Assembly: GCA_002189035.1 (NCBI GenBank)
Contig: CM007991.1
Coordinates: 2,852,001-2,916,000 of the forward strand
DNA length: 64,000 nt
Origin: Utricularia gibba
Lineage: Eukaryota > Plantae > Magnoliophyta
Reading direction: 5' to 3'
Made by a program: the position numbers and the translations under genes. Numbering within the stretch: the first letter of the stretch is position 1; each line of letters opens with the position of its first letter. The notes under the pieces were generated by a model. That model saw only the letters and a program-made list of their open reading frames with translations. It had not been told where the DNA came from and made no database searches. Below are positions 10,443 through 24,080 of this stretch, one piece after another.

Positions 10443-11486
10443 TTAATCAGCTCTAGACTGGCCGGCACGAGATGAGAGGATAATGCCCACGATCAGACCG
10501 TACAGTGCAAGGGCTTCAGCAAAAATAAGGATGAGGATCATCCCAACGAAAAGCTTTGGTTGTTGCGCATTTGCCCTGTAATATGAAAGATAAAAGTGAG
10601 AATTACGAATAAGCGCAGTAATCAAGCGTTTTGAGGCAAGAAAAAATGCATAATTCGACAGCACACAGGTAATGGATTCATGCATCTGTATTACAGAGCT
10701 GAAAAAAAACCAAAAGAAAACACGAACTCCTTGATGAGACCTCCACAAGGATTGATGTAAATCTAACTGACATAAAAGCCATTCAAACAGATGAATGACG
10801 ATCTACAGACTTTGACTGAAACCCGAGTATCATATCATCTTTAACAGAATAACACCAAGCATAATGATCTGTTCAAAAACCCAAGAAAAAGCAATCACCT
10901 TACTATTCCAATATACCGGTGAAAAACCCTCCTTTGTGATTGATATCGCATACAACCCATCATCTAAATTTCAAGAAAACTGACCAGAACCTAATTACGT
11001 CAACAGAATCTCACCTAACGCCAGCATCACCGACGATTCCAATTGCCATACCAGCAGCCAGGCCGGCCAGACCACACGCGAGTCCAGACGATAGATGAGC
11101 ATAGCCATCAAATAAGTAGTAAGATTTCGCCTTTGGATTAATTCCAGTACTGATGATGACAGCGATAATCAGCCCATAAATACCCAAAACACCAGCCATA
11201 ACCACAGGAACAATAGATTTCATCACCAGCTCCGGCCTCATCACACCCATGGATGCCACCCCGACGCCGCTCTTCGCCGTGCCGTACGCCGCCCCATACC
11301 TAAAAAAGAAAACCAGAATCACATCCATCAAATCAAATCAAATCATCCTCCTCTCTCAATTAAGTCAGCTCTCTGATCCAGAACAAAAAAAAGAACCGGA
11401 GATTCACATGAAAAGACGAGCGCCGCTGCAGCGCCAAGGAAACCAAAGAACGGCGCCGTCTCATCTCCGCTAAAAGTCGACGACAT
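10443..11486 (-). CDS. VHA-c: V-type H+-ATPase 16 kDa proteolipid subunit c
   Basis: Three exons: 11486-11408, 11299-11015, 10575-10443. Near-invariant sequence including [10 protein letters not shown] with the proton-binding Glu. One base appears missing at 11292-11295 (see findings). Confidence 0.95.
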
Positions 11487-11599
11487 TCCTCCTGATCGTG
11501 CCGAAACCCGCACCGTAGCATTTATCCTTCGTCTCTTCCCAAGTTTATAGTTCACGTTCGACACTCAAAAGGACCGGGTCGGATCTCATAGCTGGCCGC

Positions 11600-11700
11600 G
11601 GGCCACACTTTGAGCCCATCCCAAATCACAAAACTGCATAGTGAGCTCAAGAATCCAGGCTCATTATGGGCCCAAAACCCGCCCAAAATAAGAATCAGGC
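11600..11700. promoter_or_regulatory. Site II (TGGGCY) motif cluster in the head-to-head VHA-c / methyltransferase gap
   Basis: AGCCCA at 11613-11618 and overlapping TGGGCC/GGCCCA at 11667-11674, between divergent ATGs at 11486 (-) and 11858 (+). Confidence 0.5.
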
Positions 11701-11857
11701 TATTTAATTTTACGCGCACGGGTTTCTAATTGGTCGGCTGGTTGTCTGAGGATATGGAGTCTGATGTTCTGTGAAATCACCCTCTCAGGCGTTTTACTCG
11801 CGAGAATCTATTCAGGTGTGCTTCTTCTCCCCTAACAAGCACTGGTGGCAAACGGCA

Positions 11858-13096
11858 ATGGGTTCTGTAAGTCTCAAAATTGGGGATGGGACAGCAAAAT
11901 TCAACAAGGGGTCTTTGTGTTCTTCGGGCTTGAATCTCCTCATGATACTCTCCGTCATCATTACCAACGTTTTCGCTTTATATGCTTTCACATACCAATC
12001 GAAAAGTGCACAGAATCCCAAGAACATTTCTCTGATCTCAGAAAAGGTGAGCTTAATCCTCAGAGAGATTGATTCTTCTCAAAAGAAACTAAACCAGATG
12101 GAGAAAGAGGTCTTGGGTTACGAAAGCATTGATCTTTCGAAACCCAACGTCCCAACCGAGCTCAAAAACTTCCTCAACCGGCAGCCGCTTCCACTGGGAA
12201 AAGATTCACGATCAGGGCTCACTGAAATGGTTGCATCTGTTGGGCATTCTTGCGGGAGATCTGTGGATTCGTTATCCCAGTTCATGGGATATAAACTTAA
12301 CGGGTTGTGCCCTGATGATTGGAGTCTTGCCCAGAAACTGATTCTGCAAGGATGTGAACCTTTACCCCGGAGGAGATGCTTCGCTAGGACAATGCCAAAG
12401 GTGGGTATCCAGGCCTTTCCTGCTTCGCTCTGGAGCAATGTTAGTGAGAAGATTTATAGCTGGAGTGGTTTAGGATGCAAGAATCTTGCCTGTTTGAATG
12501 CTAAGAAACTGAACAGGGATTGCGCTGGCTGTTTTGACATCACGAAGGGCAATGAAAGAGTAAGATATGTTAAAGCTGGAAGCAAGACTGATTTCCTTAT
12601 CGATGATGTGTTGGCTCTGGGAAGTGGTGGGATCAGGGTTGGTTTTGATGTTGGTGGTGGTTCTGGTACCTTTGCAGCAAGGATGGCTGAGAGAAATGTA
12701 ACTGTGGTAACTGCTACTTTGAATTTGGATGCTCCATTCAATGATTTCATTGCTGCAAGAGGTCTGTTCCCTTTGTACTTCAGTATGGATCAAAGGTTTC
12801 CCTTTTACAACAGCGTGTTTGATCTGGTTCATGCTGCCAATTCACTTGATGCGGGAGGGAGACCTGAGAAGCTGGAGTTTCTTTTGTTTGATATTGACCG
12901 TGTGCTCAGAGCTGGTGGCCTGTTGTGGCTGGATAACTTCCTCTGCTTGACTGATGATAAGAAACAAACCTTGTCACGATTGATTGAACGATTTGGATAT
13001 AAGAAGCTCAAGTGGGTTGTGGGGGAGAAAACCAATGGTGCTGGCAAGCAAGAAGTGTACCTGTCTGCTGTGCTTCAGAAGCCAGTGAGAGCATAG
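11858..13096 (+). CDS. SAM-dependent methyltransferase (type II membrane, At5g40830/At3g27230-like)
   Basis: First ATG gives MGSVSLKIGDGTAKF...; N-terminal TM; GCEPLPRRRCF; SAM-binding motif IRVGFDVGGGSGTFAARM. Single exon. Confidence 0.9.
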   Translation: MGSVSLKIGDGTAKFNKGSLCSSGLNLLMILSVIITNVFALYAFTYQSKSAQNPKNISLISEKVSLILREIDSSQKKLNQMEKEVLGYESIDLSKPNVPTELKNFLNRQPLPLGKDSRSGLTEMVASVGHSCGRSVDSLSQFMGYKLNGLCPDDWSLAQKLILQGCEPLPRRRCFARTMPKVGIQAFPASLWSNVSEKIYSWSGLGCKNLACLNAKKLNRDCAGCFDITKGNERVRYVKAGSKTDFLIDDVLALGSGGIRVGFDVGGGSGTFAARMAERNVTVVTATLNLDAPFNDFIAARGLFPLYFSMDQRFPFYNSVFDLVHAANSLDAGGRPEKLEFLLFDIDRVLRAGGLLWLDNFLCLTDDKKQTLSRLIERFGYKKLKWVVGEKTNGAGKQEVYLSAVLQKPVRA

Positions 13097-13398
13097 AGCA
13101 AAGAGGTTGCCAATGCCTATCCCCCAAGTCGTTTCAAATTTTGTGCTGCTTTGCTGTTGTCTCTAGCTCCACTGAGAACCATATGTATCTTATTCAACTT
13201 CTTTTCTCCAATGTAAGATTTGAAGTTTCTACATGAAGCCGTATAAAGTTATCAGCCGCAGGGAACCACCATTGTCTAACCAACCACCAACCGCAGCATT
13301 TTGACATGAGAAATCTCCAAGAAGAGAAGGCTGATATCAGGCTGACCCCAGGCATGTGTGGTGTGAGTTTCATACCCTGGCAAAAAGAAGGCTGATTC

Positions 13399-16300
13399 TC
13401 ACAGGGAAACATGGTCTTTCAAGACCTGTCGTGCGAGATCAAGAGCTCCACTGCTTTTATAGATCAGGTGCAAATTGTAAGCTGCCTCTCGACGAAGATT
13501 GCAATATCCAGAGCCGAGCTTCGGGGCTGTAACTGAGTTCTCGTTGGGAAGTGTGGGAATGGGACAGTCCTGGGGTTGAAGGGCCAAAGCCTTCTCGTAG
13601 TATTTCACAGCAAAAGAAACAAGACCGACATGATGGTACGCCCGGGCTATGTTATACAATGCCTCCTGCACAAAAACAAAGCACGCACGTTAGTAGTAGC
13701 ATCAGTGATCCGCAATGCACAGTTCTGTTTACTTTACAAGAGAATAATGGGCAAATTGATTTCTCTTCATTTCTCTTCGCTTATTCATCAGTGCAACATA
13801 ATATTTAAGAAAAAAATAGCAGCAAGCGTTTAACAAGTAAAGGCAGATCAAAGATATTATGATACAAAACGAAACTATTTTTTTTAAACAAACCTGGCTG
13901 TTTTCACAAAGTCGCAAGTTCCTGTAAAGAAAAGCCAGCCCTTGTAAGAAGGTCTGATGCTTGTTCTGAAGTCTGAAACTGGAGCTCAAATTAATCAAAG
14001 CAGTTCCTGAAGAAAATGAACAAAAGAATCATTTATGTGCGTTTAACTCGCGAATCCATTAAGAGTATCAACTGGAAAACCACGTACCAGCGCATAGATT
14101 GATCAAAGGATTATCAGGCATCAGTTTATAAGCTTCCAGATATTCTCGTGCAGCAGCTTGATGCTGACTAATCATTGTGAACTGATGAGCAGAAATAAGG
14201 ATTGGTGGTGCAGAATCTTTGTGCTTCACTCTCATGTTGTAAAGGAACTTGTTATGCTTCAAGAATCTGTTACTCCTGTAATAGACATGACCAGAATAAA
14301 TATGTATGTAGATGCACAAAATATTGAAAAAAAGCTTATCAATACCTCAATATCCCTTTATAGTAGCAGTTCCAGGCTGATATGCTGTACGGACGATGAC
14401 TAATAACATAGCGTACATACTCCCACCCATGAGCAGGGTCAGAAATATTATAGGCCATTTCTGCAATTTACATGTTCATGAGCCAGTGCTTTCTGAATTG
14501 TATAATTAGCGTGCATATTGTGAAACCAAAAAGAATATGGAGCAAAGCAGCCATTACAAAGAGAAAAGAATTACACATACGGGCCCCAAGAGTGCGAAGC
14601 TCCTCCTTGGTCTGCGGAGGTAAAGCATTGCATTCCAATTTCAAACTGAGGTTGATTATCTCTAGAGCATCCCAATATCTCCGCAAAGAGGATAAAGATT
14701 TGCATAACTGAAAAAGATGCAATCATCTTTCATAGAGATCAACGATATCACAACATATAATCATAATGAAAAACATGGGTAATTTTAGTTCAATAACAAT
14801 GCCAACCCTGAAGGGATTTCTGTGGGAACTGTGTTTGTTTCAATCAGGGTAAACTAAATAATAACATGATACACAGAATATCTGTGAGGGGGAAAGTGCA
14901 GCAAACATGAACTCACATCTAAAATCAAAAGGTGGTTCCCTTCTTCCTTCAAGAACTCTGGCAAGGGAGGCTTGCGAGATGGTTGCTATATAATCGCATA
15001 AAAAAGTCCAAAACAAGGTAGCCTGTGAAAACCATGCCAGCAAAGGAAAAAAGTAACGCTACAAAATGAAGCATTCAATGTCACTGCTTACTGGAGATTC
15101 ATCATCTGATTCTTCACTATCCCAATCAAATCCAGTTGCCAATGCAGCAGTCCTTCTCGCTTCCCTTTCTTCAGTCTTCTTCTGGAGCAACTTTTTTGCC
15201 CGGATTGCTCTGTACCTATCTAACACATGCATGTCAAACACACAAAAAGGCATTTGGTTAACGAACCATTAGTTGCACTTTTTACCACCGGTCACATGTT
15301 TTTTATGACAGCAGTGCTAGTGAAAAATGGGAAAATACGTAATGGCTGTTGTCTAATGATTGACAGATAAGAAACATAATTTGATTTCATCAACATATAG
15401 AGATAAAATACTCACAGATCTGCAGATGACGCTACTGGCCTGAATCCCTGAAAGACATTGTCAGTCTGCTGGTCACCCAACACTTTCAACCTTTCCGTGA
15501 GTACACTCCTGGAAAGTCTCTTCCGCATTTTAACCTGATTCCACACATATTTCAAAAAAAAGAAAAAAACACACACACACACGTTAACACAAAGAAATTA
15601 TATAATATAATGCACTGCGAAGCAATAAAGTCTCAATGTTCACCAGTAACAAATTGGGAAGGTTAGGGAATATCCTGGAAAACTACCTTTTGATGCACCG
15701 TCTCAAGATGTATTGTCTCACGAATTACAGGAAACAATACATCTACGAAGTCTTCAACTGAACCTCTGGCTTTATAAATTTGCGAAAGCTTCAACTTTAT
15801 CTTCCCATTGTGCCACCATAACTTGCTTATGTCTGATGTGGAGGCAACTGGTGCATCTGAGAACAGAATGGCCATTTCATCACCAAAGGAACGAGGCTTT
15901 CAATAAGAAAACCATATAAATACTACCAGGTTCTACAGAGGGGGAAAGAACAGAAATCGCTTCACTGGACCGATCTTCTTCAAGGAGGAGTGATGAGAGT
16001 GCTAATCTCGCATCAATGTTATCATCAAGATCTTGGATGGCTGGAAAGTATACAAGGTATGAAATCTAGAGTCACTGAAGAGAAAGTAAAAAAAAATATA
16101 GTCACCAAAACTTAAAAACAGACACATATAAATCTTTCATTTACCAGCATAATAATATTCAATTGCTTTTGTTCGTTTCCCAAGAGAGGCATAACAACGT
16201 GCAATTTTTAAATGCAGGTAACCCTGAAGACAGTTTAAACAAAATGTCAGCACTTGTAGGTGCTCGGATGGAAGTGCGTGTTCTTCAGTATGCTGGTAAT

Positions 16301-19217
16301 TATAGGGTCTTAATCTGCTCACATGATTCTTTTCAGTAACTTCCTTTAGCATGAAATAGTATTTCAGTGAAGAATCAAATTGCCCAACAGCCATCAATGT
16401 GTCAGCAACATCAACTATGACATCAGGATGACAAGATACATCCTCTAGTTTTAAATCTTTGAAGTGGTCCTGTGACGTAAATAGTAGTAGTAATCAGGTT
16501 ACAAGTGTCCAAATGCTTTAAACCGGGTCAAAACATTCACATAACACAAAAAAATAAATAAATGAAGTGTAACTACTACGGCATGGAAAATTATGTGAAT
16601 TCATGGAGTCGCATCCATCATGATAGCTGCTAGGCAAATTGGATAAAAGGAAAATTTTGGTATACATGGTGCCAACCTCGGCCTTCTCCAGATTCCCAAG
16701 ATGAGCATGGCAGATTCCAGCTTTTATTTTTAGATGAAGTGGAATCTCTTTTAAGACACCATATGCGAGCTGGATGTGTTCAAGAGCTCGAATATACTCA
16801 CTATGTTCCATCAGTACTGAAGATAATAGATTCACCACAACTAAAATATCAGAATGATGATTCTTAAGGTAACCTTCCAGCATACAAACAGCTTGCTGCC
16901 ATTGACCGCTTAATTTGTACAGCTAAAAAAATAACAGTCAGTTAAACAGCAAACATTGCATCACAAGTAAAGAAGTCTCGTATAGAAGCTCGAAACAGCT
17001 AAGATTAGTGGGTTGATATTGTAGATAATGCAACAAAATAGTATTAAGTGCCTTACAATAAAAAGGATTATTAAAGAATATTGAATGAAGTAAATGAGAA
17101 ACTACCGGTGCATAATATTGCGAAGCACATACTACCAACACTTTTAAATTCAGATTGTCCGAAACCACTAACAAAAAATGTACCTGGGTAGCTTTAGTCA
17201 ACAATTCAATTTCATCTGGACACAGCTTAAAAATTTGCTCATAAGTTTCAGCTGCTTTATGATATTCTCCAAGATCTAAATAAAGTGAAGCACGGAGATT
17301 GAGAAGAACAGTATCTCCAGGATCTGCTAATATGGCCTTATTCAAACAATAATTTGCTTGCGACTTGTCTCCTTGTTCTCTGCAAATTAAAAATAGAAAC
17401 TGAAATTTCATGGACTTAATGCCTTTGCTTAAATAAAAATATTCTGGTTCAAGTATAGGATGTTAAGTTAATTTATCTGATAAGATTTCGTTGCCCCGGG
17501 AGGTGGAAGAGATAAAGAGTAAAGATGGGCATATCAAGACTACACCATTTGACAGATCTTGATGAAACCAACACACGCATCGTTAAAAATAAATCATGCA
17601 GAAACCATTCAAGTCCGAGAAACAGTGATTACCATAAGATAAGAAATCTTACATTGACTCAGCAATCAGAAGTTTCCAGAAAGCAGTATCTTTGGGATTC
17701 AAATGAGCAGCGATCATGTAGAAATTCATTGCTCTCTTATTATCACCAGTCACAGAGTAAACTCGACCAAGAAGATGATATGGATCAGATAAATTAGGAG
17801 CCACGCGAATAACATCTTTTAACACCCTGACAGCCTACATTAGGGCAGGAAAAATCAGATAATAGATTTAGAGGCAACACATCTCATGAAACATAGCCTC
17901 ATTATTTCTGTAACAACTCTCAACTGCCATGAAATTTTCAACCATTTCTTACAAAGAAAACTCACATCCTAAGACATATGACTACTATGCAATTTCTCAA
18001 GAAACAGGTAAGTATGAAATCTAGTCCAAATGTAGACAACAGTACGTCTTCAAAGTGATCCTTCGAAATATGAAATGCAGCATCACCAAGTTTTCGAGCC
18101 ACTTCAGGGTTAAGCTTATTCTTTGATCCCTTCCTTCGTCCTCGGTTCACAGGTTGATTCTAGTTAAAAAAAAAAAAACCCACCAAGATAAGGCATTTAG
18201 TATACTACTGTACAAAAACAAAATATTGGAAATTTAGATGAGGAACATATTCACCCAAAAAATACGAGAAAGTACATGCATCAAGCTGGCTCAGTTCAAA
18301 CACAGAGCAAAAGCTAGGCACCATCATAAAAGTTTGATTTTTCGAGCCTAAAGGTGGACATGAAAATACAATAAGTGCAAAGTCCCCAACATTTGGTTCT
18401 AATCCTACAACAGCAACCAAGCCAGATGAGAAAAAATACCATGCCAGATGAGAAAAAATACCATGCCAGTGAATGCAGCATTTCACTAAACAGAGAGAAA
18501 AAGGATGGGGTATTCCTTGGAGAGCAAAAGTACATATGTAAAAGATAAGACCACACAGATGAAATAAAAAGTGTAAAACTAGCAGCCTTGGTGAATAAAT
18601 GCGTAGTGGAAACAACCACACTAACGCACCCTGAATCTCAGAATCGAGAAAACAGCTCAATTCATACCTTTCTCGACCTTTTCCTCTTGCGAGATATCAT
18701 AGTCTCCATTAATTCTTCAAAACTCGCCGCAGCATCTTCTTCCTGTCTCATCCTCTTAGTAGGAGTTTCACTGCAATCCCCACCCAACAGTCATATAAGA
18801 GAACTCAAAAAAGTAGATGGATTTATATGGTTAAAAAAAATTGCACAGTAATGCCTTAACAAGAAAAAACCTTTCGCACCGCCGCAGCGAAGGGCGGCTC
18901 CTGGCTGCCAACTCAGCATAATGGTTCTTTACCCACTCGAATCGTTGATAAGGCTGCAACCCAGACGCATCCTCAGACTCAGCGAAGGACAAAGGATCCA
19001 TATCCCCACTGAATCGAAACTCGTACCCCGAAGCCTCTCCATCAGCCGAACCCTCGCTATCATCTTCACCCAGGTTACCCTCTGATCCAAGTTCCAGTTC
19101 TAGCGGATGTTCAGCCGCATCAAAGTCGACGGTTTCTCCTTCAATCGGCATACCATCATCGATTCCTAGGACATCCATCGCTGGATCATCGCCGCTATTT
19201 TCCTCCCGCGACTCCAT
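13399..19217 (-). CDS. GTF3C3: General transcription factor IIIC TPR subunit (GTF3C3/Tfc4), multi-exon
   Basis: Acidic N-terminus with FSGDMDPLSF; TPR exons (e.g. VIRVAPNLSDPYHLLGRVY); conserved C-terminus QEALYNIARAYHHVGL...EAAYNLHLIYKSSGALDLARQVL. Not every internal exon was checked. Confidence 0.88.
18421..18469. repeat. 22-bp perfect tandem duplication in a TFIIIC intron
   Basis: GCCAGATGAGAAAAAATACCAT x2 plus a partial third copy (GCCAG). Confidence 0.9.
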
Positions 19218-20024
19218 ACGGTTATCCGTTGGCGCAAAACCAAGGAGCGCGGATCAAACAAAATAAAGATGGGTAGTGAATGGGCGAGGGCTTGAACAGT
19301 TGGGTGGTTTAATTGGACTCATTTCAAGCCCCAGAGATAAATTGGGCCGCGGTCCATTATCCATTCTATAAGCCCATTCCATCAACAAATTGATATAATT
19401 TAATAATATATAAAAATATATATATTTTTTTATTTTTAGATTTTTATTTTTAAAAAATCCATGAAAACGTATATAATTACCATCAATTTACAAAATTATT
19501 TAATTTTATGATTTATTAACCATTAAATAATTTAAATCATAATAATTATTACTAAAGTATCATGTCGGTAGATATAGTATTCAAAACAAAGATGGTGCCA
19601 GAATTCCTGAGAAGATAATGCCGATTGCGGGGATGATCATGTAGAGGAAGTTGTCGGGTATACAGCTTAAATCCGGTGAAGAATCTTCTTCCTGTGCATA
19701 AACCTGAAAGAGATGATTTTTGGACGAAGAACAGTTTTTTTCAAGTCCATGAAGTAAGAACGGTTTCTGTTCTTTTGGCCTCTGTCATTAGTTGCTTGGT
19801 TTTGTTATCATATCATTATTTTTTTCTCGTGCATTGAAATTTTCTTGTCCATTCGCGGGCTTCACTATTTTTAGCTTCTTCGTGGAGAGTGATGTTCCTC
19901 CTGATCTATTTTTCCTTCTTTCCTGTGCATTCTCAGGTTTTCCATCTAATGCCACACGTGCTCTTGTATTTCTTGTGATTAAGTTTGATCTGCTACCTTC
20001 TGTGAAAGCTTTGGGCACTGCAAC

Positions 20025-22025
20025 ATGGGCTTCTTCGATCTGTTCCTTACTTCTTCTATTCCAGTTATAAAAGTTCTCTTGTTGACTGGGCTTGGATCTT
20101 ATCTCGGGTTAGATCGTGTAAAGATCCTTGGAGATGATGCTAGGAAGCATTTGAATAATGTGAGTAGCCTCATCATGGATATTACTTAAGTATATTGAAC
20201 TGCATTTTGCACTTCGCTGTTAGGAGTGCTATGTGGTCATTTTATTTGCACTGCCCAAGTAACATTAATTTTGATGTCTTCTTTAACAGATTACATTTTT
20301 CGTATTTAGTCCAGCTCTTGTCTACAGCAACTTAGCCAAGACAATAACATATGATAGCATGGTGAAACTGTAAGCTTCCTATGGTTTATTGTATTTCCAG
20401 ATCAATGTCGTTTAATATAAATATTTTTCAGGTGGTTCATGCCTGTCAATATTCTAATCACATTCATAATTGGGTCAATTCTTGGTTGGGTAATCATTCA
20501 TGTAACAGGAGCACCTCCACAGCTCCGTGGGCTTATTATAGGTTGCTGTGCTGCAGGTACTGCAAAGCTTTACCTAAATTCTGTGAACATAATTAAAAAA
20601 CACAATATGCATCAACAGGGAATATGGGGAACTTGCTTCTTATTATAATTCCCGGGGTTTGTAAAGAGAGAGGGAGCCCCTTTGGGGACCCTGAGGTTTG
20701 CTACACATCAGGAATGGCCTATGCTTCTTTGTCAATGGCAGTACGTAAGCATATATATATGCTGCATTCTATATTTTAACTTCTGCAATGTCTCTTACCC
20801 CTCTTTGTTTTATGCTCAGGTTGGAGCCATTTATCTCTGGTCCTATGTGTATAATATAGTCAGGATATATTCAAGTATAAACACGAATGGAGTGGAAACG
20901 AGTGATGCACATGCTGCTGCTGTCTCTTCAAGGGAAAGCTTATTATCTCCGTCAAGTAGTTGGACAGAATCTTTAATAGTTTCTGAAGACCATGAAAACC
21001 AGTTATCTCCATCTGAAGTTGGTTTCCAGAATAAGACGCATCTGGTGATTAATTACCTTGTGATTACATGGACAGCTAAAAATTCATTTAAAACTTACCT
21101 GTGAGGACCCATTGTGAATATGTCGAATTTTCTCTATGTAGGTTTGTTTTCTGGATTCCACAAAAAGGCATACAGTGATATTGATCAGACAGTTGAACCT
21201 TAAGAGACTGTTTGCACCACCAACCACAGCAGCGGTATTTTTATTTTATTTTTTACAAAAATATTGACTAAAAGTTTATCCTATCCAGCGCTGCTCTATG
21301 CACAGATTGCAGGTTTTGTAGTGGGCCTCGTGCCTCAACTTAGACATCTCACAATTAGTGATCCGGCACCTCTCCGTGCACTCCAAGATACTGCACTCTT
21401 GCTTGGGTAAAAAATCCTTTTTTTTACTTAAATCACCATGCTGGTTTACATGGAGCTGCTAGAATAATCATCTGGTGTTTCTTTTTCCAGGGATGGAGCT
21501 ATTCCTTCAGTGTCACTCATTACAGGTGCAAACCTTCTAAAAGGTTGGTGGTTCTTATTGTGTATTGTGGCATTTGCCACTGCATCTGCACTCATTTTCA
21601 TGCTTTTTTTTTTTCTTTGGTTTGCTTTCAGGTTTAAGAGGATCAGGGATTCAGAAGCCTATTATCTTTGGAATCATGTTTGTTCGTTACGTGGCATTAC
21701 CTGCTTTGGGGATTGCCATCCTCAGAGCAACCCACAGTTTTGGTTTCATACCACACGATAATCCATTGTATCATTTCATTCTTCTACTGCAGTTTGCTGT
21801 TCCACCTGCAATGAATATAGGTATGCCACCAGAGTCAATGTGATTTCTCTCGCTTACTCTTCGTATGCATTTCATTTTTGCATTCTCAATGCAGGAACAA
21901 TAACACAACTGTTTGGAGCTGGTGAGAGCGAATGCTCAGTGATCATGTTATGGTGCTATTCATTTGCTTCCATCGCTCTGACGCTCTGGTCAACATTGTT
22001 CTTATGGCTGGTGTCTCAAATGTGA
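20025..22025 (+). CDS. PILS: PIN-LIKES auxin carrier (PILS1/3/4-type), 10 exons
   Basis: Starts MGFFDLFLTSSIPVIKVLLLTGLG; motifs VFSPALVYSNLAKT, GNMGNLLLIIIPGVC, LQFAVPPAMNIGTITQLFGAGESECSVIMLW. Exons join in frame. Confidence 0.92.
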
Positions 22026-22425
22026 CTATGGCAAGAACTGAGTAAACAGGCCACAGCTCGTGCCTGCGCCAGCATAGCAGAAGGCAAAATCTTGCTGCTC
22101 TGTCTGGGAAGATTTGTTGTTTTGGATGAGTTTTATCTCAGTATTCACGCTTTGGAATGAAATGTAAAAACCAATATTCGAGAAGTCAAAAAAAAAAAAA
22201 AAAAGAAGCGAATTGGCCTTGCATTAACTGAGTTTTTCATAGCATAGCACTGCAGAATGCAAAAAGAGCAGTACAATTCATACTTGAGATATAATAGCCG
22301 ATAACCTAATGCAGAGATTCGAATTGCAAGGTATCTTAAAGCACACAAGGAGATTAATTTTCCCAAGCTCGCGGGCAGCAAGCAAATTATCCACCTGAAC
22401 TATGGTTGTGATACTGATTCGTCTC

Positions 22426-23950
22426 TTACAGAGTAGACTTGTCGAGATCATCGAAGTATGGATGCTCCAAAGCTTTCTTTGCTGAAATCCTCTTTGACGG
22501 TTCATACTGTAGCATTTCCTGAAATCCCAATCATTCACAGGGAATTCTGTTGGATAAGTAATTTATTTACATGCTAGTTATGTATACTGTCAGGAGTTTG
22601 AAAGACTGCTCACTGATAACAGGGTCAAGCCATTCTCATCAAGTCCAGGAACAGCTGATGAAAGTGGCTTTGCGCTCCATTGAGGGTACTCGTGCCAGTT
22701 CACTAACTTGCCAACTCCAGGCCAGATTTCTTCATTTGGAGTTCCCAGCAATCTGGTTACAAAGTATGATAATGAGTATAAGGAGCAATGAACTCGAGAA
22801 AATGAGTCGACACACCTGAAAATGTGAAGAAGCTGTTGCAGTTCGGAATCTCCTTGAAAAAGAGCTTGATTTGTCACCAGTTCAGCTGAGAGAGCAACAG
22901 AACAGTTCGGCTTAAGAGTCACTCCCCATACAGGAAGCACAAAGAAAACTACTAATACTTTTTTCTTACCAAATATACAACCAACAGACCACATGTCTAC
23001 AGCTGGAGAATAATGAGTAGCACCCAAGAGAACCTCAGGAGCTCGATACCACAGAGTAAGTATCTACAGATAGCAGAGCTCATCATCAGATACTGCTTGA
23101 GAATCATTATGTGAAGAAAAAAAGTGTGTACCTCATGAGTGTACTTCTTAATCGGTACAGTAAATGCTCGGGCCAATCCAAGATCCGCTATTTTGAGCAT
23201 CATTGCCTTCCGATCCATCAAAAGATTGTGAGGCTTAAGATCCCTAAACACCAAAAGGCTCATAAATCCAATCCTCGTTGACAAAAACTGACCAACGACC
23301 ATAAAAATGAGATTTCGTTTGTTACCTGTGCAAGACACCGTGTCCGTGGCAGAAGGCAACGCCTTGACAGAGCTGATACATTAAGCTCTGCAAATGACAA
23401 GAAAAAAAGGCATCTTTAACAACGTGCACTGAAAATAGATTTCTGCAGAAAATGTTTCAACAAGTCTATAACAAAAATTTTTGCCTTGACAATATCTGCA
23501 GGAATGGTTTTGCTAGCCTGACGGAAACTGCGGATGTACTTCTTGAGGTCGGTGTCCATGTACTCAAAAACCAAGTAGAGGACAGTTTTTCCCTCTTTAT
23601 TCTGGCTCTGTTTAACATCCAACAATCTGCATCACAGTTCAAAGCATAAACCTGATTCTTCTTCCCTAGGGTTTACCGAACCAAAGTCGGACAACAAATC
23701 ACACTCTCCGTCAAGCCGATCGAGTTTACCTAACAACGTGAGGGTCACGGGAGAGCATCCTGAGTAAAGACACCTCGCGAAGAGTAGTCGGCGGCACGCC
23801 TTCCTCGTCTTCATGAAGACGAGTCTTCTTCAGCGCAACGATTTTCCCAGTGGCCCGCTCCCTTGCCCTGTAAACTTTTCCGTACGTCCCTTCCCCTACT
23901 TTCTCAAGCTTCTCGAAGGCTTCCATAACGGATTTCGGCTTCGCCTCCAT
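22426..23950 (-). CDS. CDKB2: B2-type cyclin-dependent kinase, 8 exons
   Basis: GEGTYG loop, PPTTLRE cyclin-binding motif (B2 type), [16 protein letters not shown]; ends [12 protein letters not shown] at 22426. Confidence 0.96.
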
Positions 23951-24036
23951 TGATTTCGCGATACACTCAAAGCCTGTTCTGCGGCAAGAAATGAGACTAG
24001 GGCGGAGGAAATAGACAGACGGTGAGGGAATCGGAT

Positions 24037-24080
24037 CACAACGGTCGCTCTTCCTTTTTCAAATTTCAAACTGCTTTGAA
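24037..24080. promoter_or_regulatory. MSA-like element plus CHR-like TTTGAA repeats upstream of CDKB2
   Basis: CACAACGGTC (AACGG core 24040-24044); TTCAAA at 24058 and 24065, TTTGAA at 24075; about 90-130 bp upstream of the ATG of a G2/M gene. Confidence 0.55.

Noticed and set aside
642-19217. Functional link between the tRNA gene and the nearby TFIIIC subunit gene
   Set aside because: They are 13 kb apart with unrelated genes between, and tRNA genes are dispersed. Coincidence.
20600-20760. Apparent frameshift in PILS exon 4 suggested by the ORF track
   Set aside because: Re-reading with splice phases gives GNMGNLLLIIIPGVCKERGSPFGDP in frame; the gene is intact.
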